This document shows positions 40,907 to 52,252 of a stretch of DNA of 64,000 bases, in pieces. The notes under the pieces were generated by a model that was not told where the DNA came from, did no database searches, and saw only the letters and a program-made list of their open reading frames with translations. The stretch covers positions 239,012,001 to 239,076,000 of the forward strand of contig NC_058368.1 in NCBI RefSeq assembly GCF_018350175.1, written 5' to 3'. Positions within the stretch are counted from its first letter, which is position 1, and the number at the start of each line of letters is the position of its first letter. The translations under genes were made by a program, and so were the position numbers. The stretch is from Felis catus (Eukaryota).

Positions 40907-41225
40907 TGAGACTAAGAGAAGAGGAAGCCGGCAGGGCAGAGGTTAGGGGCTGAAGCCCCATCCCTGGTCGCCCCCACACTGGTCCTGGACTTAGGACCTC
41001 CCTCCTGTGCTGGGCTGTGCTGCTTGGCTGGGGCTTCGTCAGCTGGTGTGCAGGTGCTGGGCTGGGCTGAGTTAGGGGGTCAGGGAGCCCCGGGGGAGGG
41101 TGGGGAGTCCTCTTGGGGTCTGGCTGAAACCCTGAGGGAGAAGACTCCCAGGACAGGCCTTCCAGGAGGCTGGAGGTGTCCGGGCTTATGGGGTGAGGGG
41201 CCGGAAGGGCGGGCGATCACTGTGA

Positions 41226-42200
<975 letters not shown>

Positions 42201-42640
42201 TAAGGAGCTGCTGTTAGGGCCCCAGCCACTCCGCTGGGCGGCGCCCTTCAGGTGGGCTCCACATCCCCTGTCCCAGTCTCCACTCATGTTGTAGCCACAA
42301 GAAGTTAGTGCCCCCCCCCACCCCGAGTAGGCCCCCTTCTCCAGGGTGCTCCGTCCTCCAAAAGGCCAGGCTGGCTGGGGAGGAGGGGCCGGGGCAGAGG
42401 GGTGGCACTCACCGCGGCCCCTGTGTAGGAGGGAAAACCTCCCGGTGTGGTTTTGCTTTGTACAGCCCTGTGCTGGCTTGGCCACCCGGGCACTGCCACC
42501 CAGCGAGCTACCCAGAGGAGGTGGCTAATGACAACCCCCGGGGCACTCTGCAAGCTGGTCAGGGTGTCAGTCAAGGGCACTAAATGGGGGCGTCTGTGCA
42601 CCCAGCCCACTTCCGTCATGCTGCCTTCCCTTGCCACCAG

Positions 42641-42754
42641 ATTTGGAACTTTCAGACCCAGAGGAGGCCCCGGACTACGGTGCTGAAATGGGTGGAGGGA
42701 TCGAGTTCCTGGCAAACGTCACACAGGACACCACGGCGACAGACTCCCCCTCAG
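42641..42754 (+). CDS. SLC9A3: NHE3 exon 15 (114 nt, ends in phase 1)
   Basis: [38 protein letters not shown]; cag / G|gtgag. Confidence 0.95.
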
Positions 42755-43075
42755 GTGAGGGGCAGGCGGGCTGGCCCTCCTCAGGTCCCAGAAGTGAGCA
42801 TGATCACTGGTCATTGGATGGGGACTTCTGGGCCCATGTGGGGTGTGAGTGGCAGGCAGGGTTCTCTGCTCCAGAGAAGGGAGCCGGCACTTGCCCTGCC
42901 TGCCACGTGTAGAGGGACGGCATGGGATGCAGAGCATAGAACCCGAGACCTTCCAGGTAACCTTCCAGGTGCTGGCTGCAGGACGCGCTGGTGTGTGACC
43001 CCAGGGTGGCACCCCCCCCTCCCTGCTGCCCCGGCTTCACCTGGGGAGCTGACCAGCTGCTGCCCTTTCTCCTAG

Positions 43076-43319
43076 GGATTGACAACCCCGTGTTCTCCCC
43101 GGATGAGGACCTGAGCACCCTCTCCAGGGTGCCACCCTGGCTGTCGCCAGGGGAGACTGTGGTGCCCTCCCAGAGGGCCCGTGTGCAGATACCCTGCTCG
43201 CCGGGCAACTTCCACCGCCTGGCACCCTTCCGTCTCAGCAGCAAGTCCGTGGACTCCTTTCTGCAGGCCGACGCCCCCGAGGAGCAGCCCCGCACGACCC
43301 TCCCTGAGTCCACGCACAT
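43076..43319 (+). CDS. SLC9A3: NHE3 exon 16 (244 nt)
   Basis: [40 protein letters not shown]...[12 protein letters not shown]...LPESTH(M); tag acceptor; donor AT|gtaact. Unspliced, it reads ATG TAA (43318-43323). Confidence 0.93.
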
Positions 43320-44699
43320 GTAACTCCCCCCCACCCCCCCTGACGCCTGCTCTTTCCTCAGCTCCTCTCCCTCAGCCGGCCGCCTCTCTTGCTCTGAACC
43401 TGAACGTCTGCAGACTCTCCAGAAGCTTTCTTCCTCCTTCTAAGCCTCTTTTCCAGCCACATGTTTCTTAGGAGATCGTCTGAGTCTCAGCTCCTCCAAC
43501 TGAGATGTCAGGATCCAGAGCTGTTTCAAGATCTCTTTAACCCATGTGCTCAGCCCACGAATCTAAGTCATGATCTCAGAGGGGCCTAAGCATGGCGGGG
43601 GGGAGGAGGCGGGGCGAGGGTCGCGTGGGAAGGGGAACACACTTTTGTCCCTAAAGGCCCCAGGGATTTGCTTAAAGCCCATGCGACAGAAGTGAGTGGA
43701 GGAGAGCAACAGGCCCCTTTCAGCATCTCAAGAACTCAGGGAAAGGACACAGGCAGCGGAGGGGCCGGCCACACAGCCGGCGAGCCCACCGACCAGACCA
43801 GCAGCTCTCCCGGGAGAGGAGGGCAGAGAAGGCGGGGGCAGGGGTGAAGACGGGGCGTGAGGGGGCAAGGCAAGGGTGGTAGGCAGGTGCAGCTAAGTGC
43901 AGGTGTTCCGGCTTCCTTGCTGGGTGCCTAGAAGGTGCTGTCCTCGCTCTACTGTCCACAGGGAAGGGGATTCAGCCCCTCTGCAGGGTTCAGGCTCATT
44001 CCACATTTCCTTCTGGTGTCTGGCGGCCACCTGGGAGGAGACAGGAAACAGGAGCTGGTACCCGAGGGGCTCTCACTCAGGAGGGCAGGAAAGTCTTGTT
44101 TCTGTCTCCTGTGGACACGTGGACAGGGGCGTCTACCAGTCCGGCGGGGGAGCGGCAGTCCACCCCTCACTGTAGAGTGTTCTAGCAAATCCCTGCCTGG
44201 TGCAGTATTTGCTTTACGCACAAGCTGAGATTTCTTCAGGGACGTATGCCCCTGGGGACTCCAAGTGAGCTTGTGGGAGAGGCCACGTGGGCAGAGTCCC
44301 TGCTTTTTCCTGGCTTCTGCCTCTGAACCTCCTAACCTTCCCCTCTCTCTTCCTTGAGCCCTGCTTGTCCCTGGAGCGGGACACCGGTGTCCGGAGAAGC
44401 CACGTGGCTAGGACCACTTCCTGGGCAGGGTAGCTGTGTCTGGGGTGGGCTTTACACTGAGCACCTTCCTGCAGAACAGGCACCTGCCGAGGGGCTGCAG
44501 GGTCAGGTCCTCCGCCGACCCTGTCACTGTGGACCGTGCTGGCTACACAGCCAGGGCGTGGCCTGAAAGTGCCCCGGAACCTCTCAGGTAGTGGGGGTGG
44601 GGGTCGGGCTGGGTCTGTTGGGGACCCTCCTGGCTGCACAGCCATCCTGGAAGATTAGAGGGAAGGTTCCACGGCGTGGGCTGGAGGGTCCCTGTGATT

Positions 44700-45360
44700 C
44701 ACGTGCCCGTTGAGGGGACGTGGCAGCCTCCAGGTGTGGGGGCGCCAGCAGTCAACTTGGAGGGTTGGCGATGGCCCCCTACCCGCAGTTTGTGCCGAAG
44801 GCCTGACGGTCTGGGATGGGGCGGGAAACCCGCCCAGCGCAGCCTCCCGGATCTCCCCTTTCCACCCCGTGCCCCCGTTCCTCCCCGAGGGCCCCTGCCA
44901 GGTGCCCTCTGCGCTCACGCCGTCTCCTCCCGCAGGTGACACGGGCTCCGACGTGCCGCTGACCGGACGCTCGTCCCCTCCCGCCGCCGAGAAGCCCCCG
45001 CTCCCCGCGCGGTCCCAGTGGCCGCACGCCCCGAGCCCCGCCCCTCCCGCCGAGGGCCCGCCCACCGAGGGCCCGCCCGCCGAGGCCCCGCCCGCCGAGG
45101 CCCCGCCCACGGCGCCCCCCGACCGCGAGCCGGGGGCGGGGCCGGAGCGCCGTGGACTGCCGGGCGCGCACGCGCGCTCGGCGGCGGCGCGCCGCGTGCA
45201 CAGCCGGCGCTCGTTCCAGCGGCCCCGCGCGCGCCGCCGCCCCGCGCTGCTCAAGCTCTCGTCCCTGCCGCCTTCGTGCCACGCGCCGCCGCACGCGCTG
45301 GAGCAGGAGGAGACGCCGCTGTGACGGCCCCGCCCTAAGGTCTCCCGCATCCGGAGTCTA
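44700..45360. promoter_or_regulatory. 3' CpG island over the start of the SLC9A3 terminal exon
   Basis: Extreme CpG density with tandem CCGCCC GC boxes at 45035-45110. Confidence 0.75.
44936..44939 (+). CDS. SLC9A3: NHE3 exon 17 coding part (last base of Met + TGA)
   Basis: Strong acceptor (ctcac branch point, cgtctcctcccgcag|GTGAC). Completes ESTHM*. Fits the known 17-exon mammalian SLC9A3 structure. Confidence 0.8.
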
Positions 45361-47890
45361 GGTGCTGGGATAGGGCCGCCAGCCGGACTCTGTGGGCTAG
45401 AATGGGTCCCAGGGGACCGGATGTGCCCCCGAGGCCTGACCCTGGGAATTCCTCGGAGCCACCTGCAGAGAGGCCCCCGCGGGCTAGAAGTGGACCTGGA
45501 CCCGGGCAGGGCCTCCTCCAGCTTCTGGGAGGTCTGGGCTGGCGCCCTTGCCAGGAGACTCTGTTGTGGGTCCTTGTGCCCACCTGCCCTGGTTGTGAAC
45601 TGACCTGGCGCTCGCGAGTTACTGTTTCCACCCTCACCCCTGAGTCGGGAAGGGCCCTGCGCCCCCAGAAGCCTGCCTCTGTGTTTGAGTTCTTGCCACT
45701 TTGTGTCCATTCTCTCATCAGCACTGCCAGGGAAACTGAGACCCAGACAAAGTGGGATTTGCCCATCCTGATGCCAGCCCATGATTCTGGGCCCAGGCAG
45801 GGCTCTCACCCCCAGGGAGACCAGGGGCCCTGGTTCCAGGAGCAATTTGCAGGGGTTGGGGATGTGGGCAGCCTAGGCCCTGTGTGATGTCTTCATGTCC
45901 ACTTACCAGATCTTTGAACTACCTGTCACCTTAGGACTGTAGGTACGATTGCAGACACATCTTTTGTTTGCTTATCCTTTTTGTGCCGCGACCCGTCTGG
46001 CCCTGGCCCAGGTGTCAGTGTGGCAGCCCCTGGGCTCCAGGTGTGGCCCCACCCCCACCCCCACACACCTGGTCTCTGGCCTGAGCTGTCCCACCTGACC
46101 CTGTGAGACGCCCCCGCTGAGTTACAAGTTGCAGTGGCCACGTGGGCTCGCCCAGCTCCTGCCAAGGAGAATGGGGCCTTCAGGGCAGCTTAATGGGGCC
46201 CAGACCTTCACAGGCCTGAGGGTGCCCTGAGGGTGCTGTGGCACAGACCCCCTCCACCCCTTCCAGGGTCTCAGGGACATGGCCTTGGACAGAGTTCCTC
46301 CTCCCCCGACCCCCACCGCTGTCCAGTCCTCTGGAGGGAGACCACTGTCTGGCCGTCCTTGGGGGAGTGGTCGAGAGCCTAGGGTTGAGGAGTCTGCCAC
46401 AGGGAGCCGGAAGGTGGGGGGCCCCCTGTGCCCTTGCCTGTTCCTCAGACAGGGTTTTGTATGAGAAAGAGGTGTTTAAGGACCTCAGGGGCCTCAGGAC
46501 TCTCCCAGAAGCTTTTCTAAAGAGGCCAGGCTCAGCCTGTTCAGGAAAGGAGACTGTGCTGTGCTGCGACCAAGTTCTCATGCTGTAGATTCTCACAACC
46601 ATCACGGGCCAGGTCTGCCAGCAGTTTGTAGTGTTGTAGTAGTGCACACGGAGTCCCTGATGGAAAAAGTCTGTATATAACCTGCTGTTCATGGCTTTGT
46701 GTTGAGAAAAACCAGGAAGAGTCCCCGTAGCATCTCTTCACCGACACAAAGCCCATCGAGATCTGCGTTCCGTAAATCACACACACAGGATGGCGCTTGC
46801 TTTCCCTACACGGTGCGACCACTTTGACCAACCCTGTGAGCACGAAATTCACCCATTATCTGCCCGTTAGTGAGCCCAACGGACTGCTCCCAGCCCAGCC
46901 TCACTGCTCAGCCACAGCCATCGATCACATCCCCAGGAAGGCACACACTCTGTCCACTCCCTGTGGAGAGTTCGTCTAGAGCAGGATGGGTCCTGGCGCA
47001 CCGGGGCCCCAGGGGCCACAGCCCAGCTGGTCCGGCATCTCTAGCTGCCTTAACAACTCACCTGGACCGCTGGACCCGGATCCGATTCCCAGCTGCGGAG
47101 CCAGAGGCTGAGTCAGGGAAAGCGACTCAGGGGCACCCCACTCAACACCAGAGACAGTAAACCGCCTGGTGATGCATCTGTTTGACAAATGTCTCATGGC
47201 TCAGCTGTTGGCTGGTGTTTTCTGTGGTGGGCGGGCAGTTTGTTGAACTGCACAGGGCCAACCACATCCATAAGGGAACCGAAGTTCCAGGTCGGAAACC
47301 TCCCTGGCAGAATCTCACGCGGCAGCGCTCGAGAGAGGTCTGCTGTCTCCTCTGTGGACACGGTGTTATAAACCCTCGTGCTGTGGATACATTTCATAAA
47401 TGAGAATCCTAGCTGTCCTTGTCATTGTAAAACAGAATGTAAACAAAGTCTTATGAATGTATTTCCTTAGGAAAACTGTTGTAAAATTTTTTATTAGAAA
47501 AGAATTCCTATTTATTTAATACTGAACCTTGGCCTACTTTATGGTAGACGAAGGAACATGACTGTAGGGGTCGCTATTTCTCACTTCTGTATTTTCTTGA
47601 AAATAATTTGGTTACAGTGCTTCTATACCGTGTACTAGTGGTCTTCTATTGTGAAAGGAGATTTAAAGAATTTCTTTGAAGCTGGAAATGTATGTTAATT
47701 AGGAGTGGTGAAAATTGTGTATGTTAATTTTGTGAATGTAAATTAAGTCGAATTTTGTGTAACCCTGATCACAGAACGATGTGCCTTACAGCAAGCGCTG
47801 CTCCGGACGTGTTGGGCAGGGGCCCCATCACAGACCCTGTCAAGCCTGCATGATCAAGTCTATTAAAAATGTTTCAAGGCACTTTGGGCA
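44940..47890 (+). other. SLC9A3: Probable SLC9A3 3'UTR (~2.9 kb)
   Basis: Ends in a U/AU-rich block (47390-47770) followed by ATTAAA. The end position is inferred. Confidence 0.6.
47862..47867 (+). terminator. Candidate polyadenylation signal ATTAAA for SLC9A3
   Basis: First canonical-type hexamer I found downstream of the stop. Preceded by multiple TGTA motifs and followed by a GT/T-rich element (actttgttt, ~47894). Confidence 0.55.
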
Positions 47891-48404
47891 CAAACTTTGT
47901 TTATAAACGAGAAATCATATCGAGGAGAATTTAAGCAGCAGTTTCTGCAGGCAAACACTGCTCTGGCACTAAAATGAACGTCGACACAGTTGCGTGCGGG
48001 TGCGTGCCCGTGGGTCAGAGGCAGCCCCTCTGGCTGGTGCAAGGACGTTGTTGGACAACGCGAATTCTGGCCCACCCAGGCCTCTGAGAACTGGTTCTTC
48101 CCAGAGACACGGAGACACCACTGCTCACTTGCTTACTCAAACTCGTCACTGCACACGGGGCAGGTGCCCAGAAAGGGCAGAACAGTACCCACCCAGCCAG
48201 AGTCGGGGGAGGAAGCACCAGAGACATTAAAGGAGAGGGGTGGCCCAGGGCTGAAAAGAGGTGAGCAGGGACAGCAGGGTCCAGAGCCTGGAGGCAAGGA
48301 GGGTCTCTGAAGGGTCATCATGAGGCTGATGGTGGCGGAAGAAGTGCAGGGAGACCCATGAGATGGAGCTGTGCACCTGTCCCTGAATGTCCTGGGGAAT
48401 CCTG

Positions 48405-49450
48405 TCCCCGCCCCCCAGGTGGATCTCACCCTCTCAAGGTGGCTCCTGCCTCACCCCCCACCAGGTGGAGCCCCTCCCTGGTGGATCTCACCCCCCCAGG
48501 TGGCTCCTGCCTCGTCCCCCACCAGGTGGGGCCCCTCCCAGATGGCTCTTGCCTCCCCCTCCACCAGGGGGAGCCCCTCCCAGGTGGATCTCACCCACCC
48601 AGGTGGCTCCTGCCTCCCCCCACCAGGTGGGGCCCCTTCCAGGTGTATCTCACCCTCCCAGGTGGCTCCTGCCTCCCCCTCCTACCAGGTGAAGCCCCCC
48701 CCCCCAGGTGGCTCCTGCCTCACCCCCCACCAGGTGGAGCCCTCCCAGGTGGATCCTGCCTCCCCCTCCACCAGGTGGAGCCCCTCCCAGGCAGATCCTG
48801 CCTCCCGCTCCACTAGTGGAGGCCCTCCCAGGTGGATCTCACCCCCCCCCCCAGGTGGATCCTACCTCACCCCCACCAGGTAGAGCCCCTCCCTGGTGGA
48901 TCTCATCCCCCCAGGTGGATCTCACCCCCCCAGGCAGATCCTGCCTCCCCCTCCACTAGTGGAGGCCCTCCCAGGTGGATCTCACCCCCCCAGGTGGATC
49001 CTACCTCACCCTCACCAGGTGGAGCCCCTCCCAGGTGGATCTCACCCCCCCAGGTGGCTCCTGCCTCGCCCCCAACCAGGTGGAGCCCCTCCCAGGAGGC
49101 TCCTGCCTCCCCCCACCAGGTGGGGCCCCTCCCAGGTGTATCTCACCCTCCCAGGTGGCTCCTGCCTCCCCCTCCTACCAGGTGAAGCCCCCCCCCCAGG
49201 TGGCTCCTGCCTCACCCCCCACCAGGTGGAGCCCTCCCAGGTGGATCCTGCCTCCCCCTCCACCAGGTGGAGCCCCTCCCAGGCAGATCCTGCCTCCCCC
49301 TCCACTAGGTGGAGGCCCTCCCAGGTGGATCTCACCCCCCCAGGTGGCCCCTGCCTCTCCCCCCACCAGGTGGAGCCCCTCCCAGGTGGCTCCTGCCTCC
49401 TGCCCCCACCAGGTGGAGCCCCCCCACCCCAGGTGGATCTCACACCCCCT
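48405..49450. repeat. Complex minisatellite built on ccaggtgg cores (subunits of ~16, ~19 and ~27 bp)
   Basis: Directly visible. Lies between the converging 3' ends of SLC9A3 and EXOC3. Confidence 0.97.
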
Positions 49451-51760
49451 GGTCATCCTTGAAGTCTTGTGGCACAAACACATCTTTTAATAGTTAAAAT
49501 TTTAGATGTTTATTATAAAAGAAAATGGCACACCAATGCTGAGTCCATAGATACTTTTTTTATAAGAAGAATCTAACCTCTTATTGTAAATTTACAGCCG
49601 TTTCAAACCTGATAGGATGGTCTCAAGGAGTGTGGGTTCTAGGACCGCCGTAATACTACAGACGTGTTGCCTTATGACCAAGAAATCCAGGTGTGGGCAG
49701 GGCCTCGCTCGTCCAGTCCCATAGGGGAGTTCTCTGGCCTCTGCGGCGTCCGGTGCTCCGGGGCTGGGAGGGACGCCACCTGACCCCACCCATGTCCGTC
49801 AGGGCCCCACCTGCACTCTCCCAGACCTGCTGTCCAGGGAGCCCATCTCCGGGCTTCTCCTCGCCGAGTCCCGCGTCTCTTCCCAGGTGGCACTGGTGTC
49901 CCCGTGGCATGCCTGGCTGACGGGCGCCCCACGCAGGAGGGAGGGCGGGGCAGCCAGAAGCCCCCACGTGGCCCACCCTCCCTGGAAGATTTCCTCTGGA
50001 CAGAAAGAAGTGTCTGTGCTTTCAGGCTCCGTGTTTTGGGGTCACAGCTGTTTGGGCTGTACAGTGGTGGGCTTGAGAGGGACAGCACCCCCGGTGAGCA
50101 TCAGCTCGCAAGACTGCACCCCAGTCAGACAGACAAACCAGGAGCCCTGTGAATGAAACTTGAGAGTCAAGGAAATTTCCTCCCTGGATGCACCTTCTTC
50201 CAACTGAACAGCAAGAGAGCGGCCCCGAGACTCAGCGAGTCTGCAGTGGCCCGATGCGAACCTGTTTCCGGTACCGGCTGGAGGCTGCTGTCCCGTTAAG
50301 CCCACTTTTCCCAATGGACGCTTGGCACCAACTGGCCTGGAGGTGACCCTCCCCCGGGTGTCACCCAACCACCAGGACGCGACCCTCTGCTGTCCCCACC
50401 ACTCCCACCGCATCCTGGCCAAAGTGCTGCCTTCAAAACCACGAGTCCCCAGGGTCTGGGACGCGCCGGCATCTGGCATTCACTTCAGGCAGCCAGTGCT
50501 CAGCCCACCATCGCCGCAGGCATCCCGGAAGCAGGTGTGAGCAGGGACCGCGGACACCGGAGTGACCATCACACGATCAGGGCAAGGGGACCGGCCAGAA
50601 CCATGTGCATCACTGGGGTCTGCTGTCATTGTGTGAAGATTCACCCCGGATGTTTGCTGCAAAGTAACATGGAGTGAAAATTCTCTCAGCTGGTGGAAAA
50701 ATAGATGTATTTTTATTATTATAGGGACAATAATTAACGATCGTTAACTCTTCGCTGTATGCGCTCAAAAAGCATTGGGCACTTGCTCCACGCAGGCATG
50801 AAGACGTCATACTTAGCATGTACACGAAGAGACAGGGCGTTACTACGCATTTGTCGAAAAGTTACGCCTCTCCTGAACCAGTAACGGTTCTAGGAACTGC
50901 ATCCATGTTTAGTTATTTCATCCCGTTTAGGCGTGGATTCCTTCCAGAAAAAGTCCTACGTGTGAATTTTTTTTTATCTCGCGAAGAGGAAATAAAGGTG
51001 GTTACCAGCTTTGCACCTTGAACGTGGCTGGAGAGGAAGGGAAGCCCACGTCCCAGAGACTCAGACTCGGCTGCTCAGAGTGGCCCCCACCGCACTCACG
51101 AGGGGTCTGCAGTCCCTGGGCCCCTGAAGCGAGGGTGGGGGAGCAGGGCAACACCCCGTCCTTCATCGTGGCCGGCACCGCACGGCGCATCTGAGGAACC
51201 CCCTTGGCAAACGGCAGCGTGGGGAAGGGTCAGGACCCTTCACACCCCACATACAAGTCCCTACCGTTCACTCTGGCGTGGCTTGTTAATTTGTCACGAG
51301 ATTAAAGACTAATGTGCAAACAAAGCCACTGCTGAGGCAGTTGCCGTGGAGATGGTTACACAACAGGGGTCTACAGGATCCCATGTCAGGCGTAAGCACA
51401 GACCCTGAAGCACGCACCAGATAAACGTTCGCGTTCACTTCGAGTCTGTCAGACCTGATGCTCACGACGTCTCCAGCGAGGACCCGCCCGGCCATACCCA
51501 CGGGTACCAGGCTTGTTCCTACGGGAGGGCGGACCAGAGGGGCGCCTGTCCAACCTCACCCGGTAGGACTCTCAGCACGAGGGGGCTCCATGCAGAGCTG
51601 CGGAACACAGGCCCCCTGGTCCGGGCTGACACACGTCCCTGGGCTGCACACCTGTCAACCAGAAACTAGCTTCCGGGCCCTGGAACCTTACCAGGTCACC
51701 CCGAGGAAGAAACCCTTCACAACCAGGAAGCCTTCATTTTCCTGCAAGAGTTTAGACTCT

Positions 51761-51766
51761 TTTATT
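51761..51766 (-). terminator. EXOC3: EXOC3 polyadenylation signal AATAAA
   Basis: tttatt on the + strand, ~315 nt beyond the EXOC3 stop. Confidence 0.75.
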
Positions 51767-52080
51767 GAGCGGCAGAGTTTTGGAGGTGTTTACACCGTGC
51801 AGAAATGAGGGGAGACCCAGGGGTTAAGGGGCACAGGCACCATGAGGCCCCCTCAAACGACAAGAGAGGAGAAGCCCAGAAGAGCCATGACCATCAGAGA
51901 GCTCACTCGTCAAGAAGCCACGAGCGCGGTCCCACCAGAGGCAGGCGTGCGGGACCTGGGCGTCTCATGTCCCTCTGGCCGCCACGCATTTCCAAGGGTG
52001 GGGGACGGGCACAGCGTCACAAGGCCGGGGCCACGGGTGGGGGACGGGCACAGCGCCACAGCGAGGCTGGGGCCCACGGG

Positions 52081-52252
52081 CTACTTGAGGAGCTTCGCCA
52101 CGTTCAGACTGGGGACCACGATCTCCTTGAAGATGGGCACGTAGTTCGGGTTTGCCTGCGTCGGGCCCTGCTCCAGCGTCTCGATGATGGTCTGCTTCAT
52201 GTCCCGGCTGGTGTCCCCCCGCATGGCCAGCAGTGCACCGATGTGGTCATCC
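52081..52252 (-). CDS. EXOC3: Exocyst complex component 3 (Sec6), last coding exon
   Basis: DDHIGALLAMRGDTSRDMKQTIIETLEQGPTQANPNYVPIFKEIVVPSLNVAKLLK*, TAG stop; cag acceptor. Confidence 0.96.

Noticed and set aside
42948..42970. Duplicated accttccaggt resembling an alternative acceptor or recursive splice site in intron 15
   Set aside because: The intron is only 321 nt. The acceptor at 42968 is 107 nt upstream of the real one and hits TAG at 43073, so it is non-productive.
44655..45845. 396-aa minus-strand ORF across the 3' CpG island
   Set aside because: Antisense shadow of very GC-rich sequence, starting at a non-ATG codon, with no recognisable protein features or splice context.
48358..49497. 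Repetitive ORFs and a CRISPR-like repeat/spacer appearance
   Set aside because: Eukaryotic minisatellite. The spacers are themselves repeated, not unique, and there are no cas genes.
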